Positions 1 to 13,426 of a DNA stretch of 64,000 bases are shown here, piece by piece; position 1 is the stretch's first letter, and each line of letters opens with the position of its first letter. This DNA comes from Eledone cirrhosa (lineage: Eukaryota), in the NCBI GenBank assembly GCA_964016885.1, contig OZ024748.1, positions 45,880,001 to 45,944,000 of the forward strand, written 5' to 3'. A program made the position numbers and the translations under genes. The notes beneath the pieces were generated by a model. It made no database searches. It was given only the letters and a program-made list of their open reading frames with translations, and was not told the DNA's origin.

Positions 1-54
1 GCATGATCGTGTGTCTGTTCTGCTTATCTGTTTATCTATTTGTGTGTGTGTCTG

Positions 55-420
<366 letters not shown>

Positions 421-627
421 CATGTCATGTATATACACAGCCCACACACGAGACCAAATGATAGTGAAGCGAGCTTCTTAGCCATTTAGCCAGGGCTCCA
501 TCTAGCAATCTTCACCTAGTAGAACTTTGTTCAATATTAAATCGAGATTTAAATTTCAACAACTTTCGATCTAATAATATGAATACAGGAGCCGCCATTT
601 ATTACCTTTAGTTATCTCTGATAAAAT

Positions 628-1235
628 AATACCACCACCTTCACTACCACCTTCAACACCACTGCCACAACTACCACCACCACTAACACCGCCAACACTA
701 CCACAACTAACACCACCACCACCATCATCAACACCACCACCATCATCACCCCCTCCCCCTATCACCCCCCCCCCCCCCCCCCATATCACCACCACCACCA
801 ACACCACCTACCACCAACACCACCTACCACCACGCCTATCACCACCACAGCCACCACCAACACCACCTACCACCAACACCACCTATCAACCACCACACGT
901 ACCACCACCACCACCACCGCCACCACACGTACCACCACCACCACCACCACCACCACCACACGTACCACCACCACCACCACCACACGTACCACCACCACCA
1001 CCACCACCACCACCACCACACGTACCACCACCACCACCACCACACGTACCACCACCACCACTACCATCATCACCACCACCACCACCACCACCAACCACCA
1101 CCACCCCTATTACCACCAACACCACCTACCGCCACCCCTACTACCACCACCACCAACACCACCTACAGTCACCCCTACTACCACCTACCACCACCACACG
1201 TACCACCACGACGACCACCACCACCACCACCTATT
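628..1235. repeat. (ACC)n-based low-complexity repeat with CACGT interruptions
   Basis: Tandem ACC triplets with periodic ACACGT. Confidence 0.95.
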
Positions 1236-1461
1236 CACCTAGCCATAAAAAACAATGTTTCACAGTATAAAAGTATAAAACACTCAAATCATGTCTATTG
1301 CCACCAAACCTCTCCCTTGTTTACCTTTTTAGTTAATTCGCATATCATTTGTCACACTAATTTAATCTCTCTCTGTATATATATATGTATATATGTATAT
1401 ATATATATATATATATAAATATATATATATGTATGTATATATATATATATATGTATGTATG

Positions 1462-1494
<33 letters not shown>

Positions 1495-1633
1495 ATATAT
1501 ATATATATATATACATACATATATATATATACATACATACATATATATATATATGCATATACGTATGTATGTATACATTTATATATATATATGTATGTAT
1601 GTATATTTGTATATACATATATATATGCATATT

Positions 1634-1678
<45 letters not shown>

Positions 1679-2019
1679 GTATGCATACATACGTATATGC
1701 ATATATATATATATATATGTATATATATATGTACACATATATATATATATATATTCATATACATATATATGTGTGTGTATTTAAACATATATATATTGTG
1801 TGTGTGTGTAATGGAAATAAATAACGACAGTCAGCAATTTGTCACGGATAACACCAGGAAACCATAAGTATCCCAGCGGTCTTTTAGATAAGAGACTTAG
1901 CTTTAATTTACTCTCATCAGCTCCACTAATCCAAGCTGTATAAGTAAACATGGAACAGAGTTTTCTTCCATTAAATAATTAACAAGTTGTTATTTAAATA
2001 TACTGAAGGTCGGTTGATC

Positions 2020-2335
2020 GGGAGTTTCTGCAGAGTGTCTGATAACATGGTTTGTGGAATAGTGTTATGGCCCTTTACGTTCTGATTTCGAATACCGCCA
2101 ATGTTGGCTAGCACCAGTCACACACTGGGGCTGATTTAATCGAGTTTCCTTTCCACCAAAATTGTTGGCCTTCTACCAAGGGGCGGTGGATTGGCAGTAT
2201 CTGCATAACGTCCGATATCAGGCTTCGTGACTGAGAGTTAAGGCCCTTTACGTTGTGAGTTCATATCCCACCGAGCTCAGCTTTGCCTTTCATCCTTACG
2301 GGTTTGGCATTGAACCCAAATCAGAAACTGCTATT
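2020..2335 (+). mobile_element. Two adjacent degraded copies of an octopus-type tRNA-derived SINE
   Basis: ggcggtggattggcag head, ttacgttgtgagttca box, ctttgcctttcatcctt body. Homologous to the copies at 2505, 6728, 28492, 35283, 44153 and 60462. Confidence 0.7.
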
Positions 2336-2346
2336 TAAATATAGTG

Positions 2347-2435
2347 AAGCTCCGTGGTGTAGTGGTTTAACAGTTCGATAGGGTTGTGATTTCGATTCCT
2401 TGATCACCAGTCGTCGTAACTGGCGCTAAACAACA
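2347..2435 (+). mobile_element. tRNA-derived SINE head, different family
   Basis: A-box gtggtgtagtgg and B-box-like atttcgattcc. No full cloverleaf. Confidence 0.45.
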
Positions 2436-2504
2436 ACATATCAAAATCACAATATCCCCTCTTGGGATTCCTGTAAAAATATAGAAACTTTACATCTAAT
2501 TATA

Positions 2505-2790
2505 GGCAGTGAATTGGCAGAGTCGTGCCAACGTCGGATAGAATGCTTTGGCTACTCGTTCAGGCCCATTGATGAGTTCAGATGCCGCCGACCTCATCTT
2601 TGATTTGCATCATTTCGAGGTCGATAAAAGATAAAACAGTACCAGTCTAATACTGGGATCGATTCTTCTTCTAAATCTTATTCTCACTTCTCTTTTAACT
2701 TTCCATTTTTCTTTCGAATAAATCTGCTGTGTTCAGACCTAGAATGGAATGGTCACCGCCGGCTTAAAATGCCCAAGAAACGCCGTATGT
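2505..2790 (+). mobile_element. SINE joined at TCGAT to a TTCTTCTTCT-starting extension
   Basis: SINE body to ~2664. The extension is homologous to the minus-strand sequence at ~60330-60462. Confidence 0.6.
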
Positions 2791-3029
2791 CAACATGGCT
2801 GTACTATGATGCCATCTGGAGTTACGGGAATAAAAAATAAAGATGTCTTATTATAAAGAAAACAATATATGATCAGTCGACCTAACGAAAATATCCCCAA
2901 CAGTAAAAAAAAATGTGGTTTAGTTTTATTCTTCAGTTGACGAAGTTTTATTAATAAGCTATCAAGCGTTGATCACGCATACACTGGTAAACACACACAC
3001 GCGCACAGACACGCACACACACACACACA

Positions 3030-3106
<77 letters not shown>

Positions 3107-3237
3107 CAGAGAGCTTCGCAATCATAAGACCCTGGACCCAATCCCTCCTGCCATTTCTTCGGTTTGGCCTAAACATTGCGAGCCTTGCGAAAAATTCCTG
3201 AAAATGGACAGTGTATCCAAAATATATCGGGATTAAT

Positions 3238-3650
3238 AAGAATGTCGGCCTAAAAGTTCACAGGCTGACTATGAAGGAATGATGCTAGAGCTGTGAAATC
3301 TTGCATGCATTAATTGCAACTATTCTTATTAATAACGAAATTGTTTCTTTTCAGAGATTACTTTGAAAAATAAATCTCATTTGATCATTCCATGAAAGTA
3401 TCTTGGTCAGCTTATGAAGGAGTGATGCTAGGGCTGTGAAATCTTGCATGTATTAATTTCAACTATTCTTATTAATAATTGAATTGTTTCTTCCCAGGGA
3501 CTATGTTGAAAAATAAATCTCATTTGGTCATTCCATGAGAGTATCTTGGTCAGCTTATGAAGGGGTGATGCCATGGCTGTGAAAACTTTCATGCATTAAT
3601 TTCAACTCTTCTTAATAGTATCTTGGTCACCCTATGAACTGTTCAGTCTA
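3238..3650. mobile_element. Mariner-type MITE with an internally triplicated ~140-bp unit
   Basis: Terminus tgtcggcctaaaagttcacaggctgac is inverted to gtcaccctatgaactgttcag. Homologous to 14958-15156. Confidence 0.6.
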
Positions 3651-3914
3651 TGAACTATTATGTCGGCCTTAGTACATTACAAACACAAGAACAGTGATCC
3701 CATGATCGAATCCTTCCGTGATCTTAATTACGTAAATTCAAAGAGTATATTATCAAACATGTCTTTCCTTTCTGTGTCAGACAGGGGCGGGGGGAAGGGG
3801 TGCAACTGCCGCGGTCCCTTTGTAGTGGGAAGGGGACACCAGCGACAGTCGTAGCAATTTAATTTTGCCTCCAGCTGGGCTTTTTAGTTTTAGGATGGTT
3901 AGAATTTTTGAATG

Positions 3915-4528
3915 TAATACCTGTATGTTTAACTTACCAGCATGTATAACTTACCTGTATGTGTAACTTACCAGCATGTATAACTTACCTGTATGTATAA
4001 CTTACCTGTATGTGTAACTTACCTGTATGTGTAACTTACCTGTATGTATAACTTACCTGTATGTGTAACTTACCAGCATGTATAACTTACCTGTATGTAT
4101 AACTTACCTGTATGTGTAACTTACCTGTATGTGTAACTTACCTGTATGTGTAACTTACCTGTATGTATAAATTACCAGCATGTATAACTTACCTGTATGT
4201 ATAACTTACCTGTATGTGTAACTTACCTGTATGTGTAACTTACCTGTATGTGTAACTTACCTGTATGTATAACTTACCAGCATGTATAACTTACCTGTAT
4301 GTATAACTTACCTGTATGTGTAACTTACCTGTATGTGTAACTTACCTGTATGTGTAACTTACCTGTATGTATAACTTACCAGCATGTATAACTTACCTGT
4401 ATGTATAACTTACCTGTATGTGTAACTTACCTGTATGTGTAACTTACCTGTATGTGTAACTTACCTGTATGTATAACTTACCTGTATGTGTAACTTACCT
4501 GTATGTGTAACTTACCTGTATGTATAAC
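3915..4528. repeat. 17-bp minisatellite (TAACTTACCTGTATGTG), ~36 units, 102-bp higher-order period
   Basis: The CCAGC variant unit recurs at 3971, 4073, 4175, 4277 and 4379. Confidence 0.97.
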
Positions 4529-5161
4529 CTTTTAATTCCAATTACTTGCGCCAAGTTAACTTTTATATGTAAAATCAGAAGATGGAGTGGGGGTGCTGTG
4601 TATTGTAATATTTTGTGTAGAAGAGACCCCACCCCCACCCCCCAAAAAAAACTTGAAGTGACCCGGGCCTAAGGCTTATTAGTTTTAGGATGGTTGGACA
4701 TTTTGAATTTAATATAATTCCGATTACTTGCGTCAAGCTAACTTTCATAAGTTTGCAGTGTATTCTAACTTTTTGTGTATGAGATACCCCCTCCCCTCAA
4801 CCTGAAGGGCCGTGGGCACCTTAATGTCCAAATCCAGCCCTGGATATATGTTGTTGTCATTTCTAGCACATTACCGGGTAACTAAATGAATTCTCCTTTG
4901 GTTTCTTATTTAACAGAATCCAAAACCAGAAGAGAAAACAGATTAAAAATGAAATATGGGAAAATTATGCCGAATTAAGGAACTTTAAGTAAATTCTTTA
5001 ATCCAATGTATGGATATTTGGGATCAATATATTGAGATGGAGATTGCTTATTGATATCGATTATTTCAGAAGGAATTGTGTATTTTTTTTTCTTCTGTTT
5101 GCACCAGCAGAGGATGAGGGAAATAGGCTGAAATAAAGGAATTGTCAAAGAACTAAAGAAT

Positions 5162-5162
<1 letters not shown>

Positions 5163-5238
<76 letters not shown>

Positions 5239-5540
5239 AATGATAGAGAGGGTGGGAATAGAGTTGGAACGGGGGAGAGTGATAGAGAGGTAGAGAGAAA
5301 AGCTGGAGAGATTGTGGGACCTAGTAATAGAGATGAAGAGAAGAGAGGGAGAGAGAGAGTGGGAGAGAGTGATAGAAATGGAGAGAGAAGAGTGAGATGG
5401 AAAGAGATAGAGAGAGGGGGGGAATGGAGTGAGTGAGTGTATGAGCAAGTGATAGAAAGGGGCAGAAGAGACTGAAAGAGAGAGAGAAAGAGAGAAAGAG
5501 AGAGGGGGAGAGAGAAAGACAGAGAAAAAGAAAGAGATAA
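5163..5540. repeat. (GA)n microsatellite and degenerate purine tract
   Basis: Direct repeat. Confidence 0.93.
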
Positions 5541-5664
5541 CAAACAGTCTCTTTCTATCCAAATTGTTTCACAAGTATTCGGCGGATCAGAAGGATTTTC
5601 AAGATGACACATACTGGGTTCAAACCACGGATGTTAAAGTTGTAAAGCAAACGTCATATATGTA

Positions 5665-5729
<65 letters not shown>

Positions 5730-5745
5730 ATATATATATATATAT

Positions 5746-5930
5746 AACGAAGGAAATGTGGTAAGGAACGAGGTGGACCATAACGCACCAAAGTACTCAA
5801 TACTTAGGGTAGTAGAGTGGGTAATAGGAACGAGTAAGACCCCGACGGCTGAGCTCAAGCCGTTTCGACGGCTAATTGATGAATTAGCCGTCGAAACGGC
5901 TTGAGCTCAGCCGTTGGGGTCTTACTCGTT

Positions 5931-5935
<5 letters not shown>
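5746..5935 (-). mobile_element. Fold-back pLTR fragment, family F (copies at 10212, 12636, 38455, 45637, 46928, 61278, 63008)
   Basis: Palindrome centred ~5878 on gccgtcGAAACggcttgagctcagccGTCggggtc, plus a unique tail ending in (TA)n. Confidence 0.7.
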
Positions 5936-6003
<68 letters not shown>

Positions 6004-6007
<4 letters not shown>

Positions 6008-6432
6008 ATATTAATAAATGGAAACTATATTTATAAAACCATAATTATTTTATTATATATATTTCAAGGGCAACCAAGGCAGTCTTGGTGCGCTTTCATC
6101 AGATAAAATACAAAATTTGTTTTATAATTAGTGACATAGCCATGGAAAACAACCTTGACGGTTGAAAATTCGCAGCGAATTTTCAACCGTCAAGGTTGTT
6201 TTCCATGGCTATGTCACTAATTATAAAACAAATTTTGTATTTTATCTGATGAAAGCGCACCAAGACTGCCTTGGTTGCCCTTGAAATATATATAATAAAA
6301 TAATTATGGTTTTATAAATATAGTTTCCATTTATTAATATATTGAATATTTACTCCAGTAAACTGTTGAGTGCTCTATATCAGCTATAAACCTTTAAGTT
6401 TGTTGGAATCCCAACAAATTAAATATAACTTC

Positions 6433-6437
<5 letters not shown>
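6004..6437 (+). mobile_element. Solo PLE pLTR with a perfect inverted copy (palindrome 6004-6344, centre 6174)
   Basis: 170-bp perfect arms. Homologous to the pLTRs of the PLE at 50180-53442. Flanked by (TA)n. Confidence 0.85.
6238..6302 (+). ncRNA. Type I hammerhead ribozyme (mirror copy at 6046-6110, minus strand)
   Basis: tattttat-CTGATGA-aagcgcaccaag..cttggttgccctt-GAAA-tatata-TA-ataaaata. Confidence 0.8.
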
Positions 6438-6472
<35 letters not shown>

Positions 6473-6727
6473 AGCGAGAATCGCATTTCGGCTAGTGGAA
6501 ATTAGCGAAAAACAACTTCCGAGAAACTAGTTAACTAGAGCAACAATGTACGTTAAAAGGCCAAACACACTGAGACGCAAAAGCCATAGAAACGACCAAG
6601 CTATTCGGGTCAAAGAAATAATAAAATATGATTGAAAATTATACCCGGACCGTTGGAAACGGTGGTAAAATCCAATATGGGGTTTCTGCAACTCCTAAAT
6701 CAGGTACTGTCTGCTTAAACAAATAAT

Positions 6728-6908
6728 TGTTTCTACTTTAGGCACAAGGCCAGCAATTACCCAGTACATTACTAGTACTTTATTTTATCGACCCCTTAAG
6801 GATGAAAGGCAAAGTTAACCTCGGCGGGATTTGAACTCAGACCGAAAAGGGACGTAACTATGCTAGAAAACATGGCGTCCAACCCTCTACCGATACTGCC
6901 AATTCACC
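6728..6908 (-). mobile_element. tRNA-derived SINE with 11-bp target-site duplication
   Basis: AAACAAATAAT at 6717-6727 and 6909-6919. Near-identical to 28492-28680. Confidence 0.8.
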
Positions 6909-7379
6909 AAACAAATAATGTTAAGCTTTTGGTATGATGATCGAACAAGGAAATCACTTTTTCAACAGGCATTTAGTTCTATGCAAAGCTAAGGAACTGA
7001 CCGTTATCTAAACCCACGTGGAGTTTAGAAGGGAGACAACCCCTAGTCTTTGCGGATGAATTTAGTATGTGTGTTTATTGCAAAATTGAAAAATATCATA
7101 AAGCAAATTAAGCTCTCAACAGATTAGTTTTTAAAAATTAACATAAGCTATTAATCAGTCAATAGAATTAACTATAAAAATCAAATAATTAACTGGTTAA
7201 TAGCTAGACTCTGGAGATTAATACAAATATAAATTAGCGAGAATCGCATTTCGGCTATTGGAAATTAGCGAAAAACTACTATATATATTTCCAAGAGATG
7301 ACAACATGAATGGACCTGTTATTTTTATCTAAAGACATTTTTTCCAATTCCAACTCACCCGTTCTCTCATTCTATCTTA

Positions 7380-7515
7380 TTTCTCATTCTTTCTTCCGAT
7401 TAAGGACTAGCGTGCGAAACGTTACGACCCTCTTCCTGATATTTCAAGCGTTAACTTAATATATTCCTTCCATATACTGTACCGATTGTGTTGTTATTTC
7501 TGTTTACCTTTACAT
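7380..7515 (+). mobile_element. pLTR fragment with degenerate hammerhead (same family as 29645-29768 and 38090-38220)
   Basis: aggactagcgtgcGAAACGTT...gcgttaac...tgtttacctttaca is shared by all three copies. Confidence 0.65.
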
Positions 7516-7631
7516 CAGCGAGCGAGTTTGAAATTAGAAATAGATGATTTCGCCGTATTTTTAACTAAAGAAATTTTAATCTGATAATGGGGCTCAGAAC
7601 CCTTTAAGAAATAGAAAACTCTACTATCAGG

Positions 7632-7752
<121 letters not shown>

Positions 7753-7807
7753 GTTCCATGACTGAATCGTAACCATCTACTAAGTCAGAGTATGTCATGC
7801 ATCATCT

Positions 7808-7874
7808 TATTTTATCTGATGAGGACGTACTGTTGAAGATAGCTCAGTACCTCTGAAATATGTATAATAAAATA
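7808..7874 (+). ncRNA. Type I hammerhead ribozyme in a short TA-flanked pLTR fragment (7749-7920)
   Basis: tattttat-CTGATGA-ggacgtactg..cagtacctct-GAAA-tatgta-TA-ataaaata. Homolog at 56320. Confidence 0.75.
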
Positions 7875-8386
7875 TACTTGATCACTCGAATGTCTATTTT
7901 TGTTAATATTTTGAATTAATATATATATATATATATATATATGTGTACGTGCATTTGTGTGTATTGCTTACCACGTGTGTTTGTTCATTTATTTGTTGCC
8001 TGTATCGCTGTGAACATTATAATAGTATTTATATTCATTTTTATGTTTTTTATTATTATATATATTTTTTCTTATATTTATTTGTGTGTGTGAGTATGTA
8101 GAGGTGTGTGTATATATTTCTATTTTTGTGCATGCGTATGTATGCGTGTATATATATGTGTATGTATGTGTATGTATGTACGTGTGTATATACGTATGGT
8201 TGTGTGTATGTATGTATGTGTATGTATATGTGTATGTATGTGTATGTGTATGCATATATATATATATATATATATGTGTGTGGTTGTATATATGTATGTG
8301 TATGTATGAATATGTTGATATTTATGTGTGTATATATGTATGTGTATATGTATGTGTATGTATATATATACACATATATATATATG

Positions 8387-8421
<35 letters not shown>

Positions 8422-8608
8422 ATGTGTGTATGTATATATATATATATACATATATATATGTGTATGTATATAATTGTGTGTGTGTGTGGGTGTTTGCATG
8501 TGTGTTTTTATTTTATTTTTCCTTTCCTTCTTCCTTTTCCAGCCTCACTTTCATATAGATTGCATTTTTGTTTTTAAAATCCATTGTCAATAAAAACACC
8601 AGGATTTT

Positions 8609-8666
8609 TTCATTCTGATGATTGAAAGCAAGTTTTTTTGCTTTTAAGAAACCACTGGTAAATGGA
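8609..8666 (+). ncRNA. Type I hammerhead ribozyme
   Basis: ttcatt-CTGATGA, 10-bp stem II (ttgaaagcaa/ttgcttttaa), GAA-accactggt-A-aatgga. GUA cleavage triplet. Confidence 0.85.
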
Positions 8667-8792
8667 ATAATTGCCTTATGTTGTTTATTACATAACTATA
8701 TATATATATATATATTTACGTATACATATAATACATTTGTGTATTTGGACATACATACGCACTCACACACACGGGCACACACACACACACAG

Positions 8793-8842
<50 letters not shown>

Positions 8843-9082
8843 TGGTATATGCAAATTAAATGCCAAGCTGTAGTAAACATCTCTTGGGTTGAACAGCTGA
8901 AGTATAAAACCTCTGGAAGACATTGACCTTTCGACTTGTTACATGACAACTTGGAAAATTACCATGACAATCTTGCGATTGTTAATCAGTTTAAGTACGA
9001 CAGAGATAGAAAGGAATATATGTATCTATGTGTGTATGTATGTGTGTATGTATGTGTGTATGTATGTCTGTATGTGTGTATG

Positions 9083-9378
9083 AAATAGTCGGGCTGGACA
9101 CCCGATCGCGCGGTTAAACCACTGGGAGTGAAGGACCCCTACTCTTTGTCAGGGCATTCTTCTAGAAGGCAACTTATTAAACTGGGATAACTCCGACAGT
9201 TACCGATGATGTTGATCCTTTATTCTTTTTGGGTTATAGCTACTGACGTTCAGAGATTGGGAATGGCTCAGTGCACAGTCTTTCCTCACTTTAAAAAATA
9301 TCTTCACGCACAGGCATTGCACGATAGAATTAATTAATAATGTTATATCGTGTATCGATTACGAGGGGGCAGCCATCA
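9083..9378 (+). mobile_element. Diverged relative of the 600-bp retroposon
   Basis: Shares gatgttga..ttctttttgg, ctcact.taaaa..cttcacg.cacaggcattgc and the gcagcca(t/c)ca terminus. Confidence 0.55.
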
Positions 9379-9407
9379 TGTGTGTATATATGTATGTATG
9401 TGTGTAT

Positions 9408-10016
9408 GTCAGGTCACCAGTTGGTGCTACTGGTAACATGTATCCCAGTACGACATGTCTCATGGTCGGGTCGTTGGCGACTAAACTGGCAACCCCACCA
9501 AGGTTTCTTGGTGAGGAGGGTGACTTTGGACATCCTGCAGGACTAAAAACAAAACCTGTCAAAGGGCAAAGGAGCTCTTAAGAGTCAATGGCCATCCGAA
9601 ATCACCGGGAGAGATGACCCCTTAGCCTTTGTCAAGGCAGAATTCTAGGAGAAGGAAAACTCTGATATAAGACCTGCAAACCTGATGGTATCCAATGATG
9701 TTGACTTGTTCTTCTTTTTGGTAAATATCATCTTGGTTATGAGAGTGGGACTGGCTTTGTGCAGAGCCTTTGCTCACTATAAAAGCTTCACGGCACAGGC
9801 ATTGCTTTATATCTGGAGATCTCTCTGCACTTGTCGTCACATGTTACCATGGGCCCAGCACTATGTGTCAATAATTGTCACCAGTGTAGTGTTTGTACCA
9901 GAGTTTTCAAGTTGCAGGCTGGACTAAAAAGTCACACTTGTTTAGCGCATCGGTAGGGGTTCACCTACATGGATATAAAGTAGTGGCCCTACTCGAAAAC
10001 GAGTTGGCAGCCACCA
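9408..10016 (+). mobile_element. ~600-bp non-autonomous retroposon, copy 1 (RTE-5'UTR-like)
   Basis: Four highly similar copies, all in TA/TG tracts. Contains GGAGAAGGAAAACTCTGA, which I recall from RTE 5' UTRs. No credible ORF. Confidence 0.75.
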
Positions 10017-10211
10017 TGTGTGTATGTATACATGTATGTATATATTTATTTATGTATGTGTGTATGTATACATGTATGCATGTATGTATGTATGTATGAA
10101 TGTGTGTATGTATGCGTGTATGAATACATGTATGTATGTACGTTCGAATCAATTTACGAAATGCCTGCGGGTAAATATATATATATATATATTTATATTT
10201 ATTTATATATG

Positions 10212-10517
<306 letters not shown>

Positions 10518-10689
10518 AATGTATATGTCTATCTATTTATCTATCTATCAATCAGGTTAGTAAGGTACTCAATACATTAGTAGAGATTAAACATCAAGTT
10601 GAATATCGAAATGGCTTCAAAAGAAATCACAAGGAAAGCATTATATCTATATCTATATCTATATCCATCTATCTACCTATCTATCTATC

Positions 10690-10753
<64 letters not shown>

Positions 10754-10880
10754 TTTTATACTTTCGGAGGGTAATGTTGCCAATAAGAAAGACACGCACC
10801 AGATGCTTACAATTTATCATAAATTCTATAAATTTCCGGTGGGCTGGCTGGTTCCTCAACCGGATGTTTGTTCATATATT

Positions 10881-10923
10881 GTCAAAGTTCTTTCGTCACA
10901 CATTCTGTGACCTCTTCAGTGAC
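10881..10923 (-). ncRNA. Type I hammerhead ribozyme
   Basis: Minus strand: gtca-CTGAAGA-ggtcacagaatgtgtgac-GAA-agaact-T-tgac. Confidence 0.7.
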
Positions 10924-11565
10924 TGGTGATTCTTTTCTTTGTTCAAAGTATAACAAATCGGTTTCAACACACGTTTTCAGATAAAGAATCTTGTTAAACA
11001 AATTCAGAAACGAAATATATATATATATATGCAATCTATCTTTAACATATGTTTCTCCATAATTACGTAACAGCCTACATACGCTGACAGCATTGTATAT
11101 TTTTCATTCGTGCGCATTACGTGACTGCAATATCACTTCATAAAAAAGAGAATTATCCGGGAGAAAGTTAGTTATATTTTTAGTGGTGAGCTATGCATTT
11201 CTGCAATAAGCATTTAATAACTCCGCTGGACAGCATTTGGCTTGTGTCAAACGCTGTGACCTCGGTTGGGGGATATATAGAATGAGAAGAGAGGGTGTTT
11301 GGAAGAAAATAAGAAAAAGAAATCACGTGTAGATGGTTCTGGAAACCTCTATCCACGCACACACACACACACACACACACACAAACACGCCCCCCCCACA
11401 CGCACACACATATATGGTGGCTGCAAATTCTGCTAGCAGTATTGCAATCGCTTGTCAGATTACAGAAAATGGCGCACTTTTAAGCTACGGCCAGCCACAT
11501 GAACCTGTAACATAACCTGAACAGGCAATGCCTGTCCTTTTGAAGGTATTTTAAGTGGGAAAGGG

Positions 11566-11635
<70 letters not shown>

Positions 11636-11684
11636 TATAAATATATATATATATATATTATATATATATAAATATATATATAGA

Positions 11685-12545
11685 GAATTCACAAGAATCA
11701 AAGCTATGTTCAAAGCATTTATTCACTTACAATTGTTTCATCCAACCCTAGGCTTGGCATCTTCGGAGCATTTTTCAATGTTTGTACACATAATTGACCT
11801 CCTTTCCAACGCAAGAGACATACAGATACATATATATATATTGATGTACAGTGGAGTGACATATATTATACTATATTATTTCTGTATAGCAATTCAAATT
11901 CAAAATCAAAATCAAAATCAAAATTAAAATTTAAACAAAATTAAAACAAAATTAAAATACAAAATTAATTTATTTTATTATATACAAAAAATACCTTACC
12001 ACTACAACCACCATAATACTCTTACTTACCCGCTTAAAGTGCTTGTATTACATGTAACACCCTGCCACACAATAATCATATATAAATGAGACACACATAA
12101 CTAACGCATGCACTAACTACTACATCTGACTAACAAACTATGCTCTTGCATTATCTGTGTTAACTGCCGAATGTATTTTAATTTTGTATTTTACTTTTGT
12201 TTTAATTTTTTTTAAATTTTAATTTTGATTTTGATTTTGAATTTGAATTGCTATACAGAAATAATATAGTATAATATATGTCACTCCACTGTACATCAAT
12301 ATATATATATGTATCTGTATGTCTCTTGCGTTGGAAAGGAGGTCAATTATGTGTACAAACATTGAAAAATGCTCCGAAAAGCTCCAAGCCTAGGTTTGGA
12401 TGAAACAATTGTAAGTGAATAAATGGTTTGAACATAGATTTGATTCTTGTGAATTGTATATAACTGCTCTGTAGAAAAACTGATGTTAGTACATTGAGCT
12501 ATTTATCTTACTGGTAATAAGGTAGTAATACATTACTGACCTTCA
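11685..12545 (+). mobile_element. pLTR with a ~280-bp inverted copy and degenerate hammerhead (12371-12416)
   Basis: Arms ~11685-11965 and ~12180-12455. ccgaa(g/a)a..ccaagcctagg(g/t)ttgg..GAAACAATTGTA. Confidence 0.7.
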
Positions 12546-12803
12546 CTGTTTAGGGTTTAAATATACATAACTATAAAAAGTTTTAGTATATACATAACCA
12601 TAAATAGTATCCTTAATATTATATATATATAACAAAGGAATTGTGGTTAGGAACCAGATGGACCATAACGAACCAGAAATATAATAAAATTGTCCAGAAA
12701 TAGCCGTCGAAACGGCTTGAGCTCTGCCGTCGAGGTCATACTTTTTCCTATATATATACATATATATATATATATATCTATATATATATATATAGCGAGA
12801 GAG

Positions 12804-12869
<66 letters not shown>

Positions 12870-13347
12870 GTACATTGATAGATAGAAAGAGAGCGAGGAA
12901 AGATGGATAGACAGATAGATAAACAAATGGATAGATAGATTGATTATATAGAGAGGAGGGAATATTAGTCACATAGATTAGGCACGTAGAGCAGGAACGG
13001 TAAAAATGTATGTCTGAGGCTATGTAAATCTGGTATCTAGTACGTCGAAAAAGAGTATTATTTATTTTTAAATCCAAAATTACATATTTCAGTTTTTGTA
13101 TCCTAAAAATATATGTGTATGTGTTTATTTTGTTGGATTTTTATTTTAATATATTATCGCTCATTCCTAATAGAATGAATGTTTTAGTTACAAACATTAA
13201 ATATTTGATGTATTCATAAAAATAAAACATAATTAAGACAAATTTAACTAAAACGAAATCAATATAAGAATTTTTCATTCTAGATATCAAGCTGTTAGAA
13301 ATCAATATATATATATATATATACATATATGTGTGTGTGTGTGTGCA

Positions 13348-13426
<79 letters not shown>

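Noticed and set aside
1850-1925. Isolated CTGANGA cores (also ~2931, 16436, 30127, 34855, 60808)
   Set aside because: No matching GAAA, stem III or stem I could be found.
9685-9927. 80-aa ORF recurring in all four 600-bp copies
   Set aside because: The recurrence reflects recent copy identity. There is no domain similarity or evidence of coding constraint.
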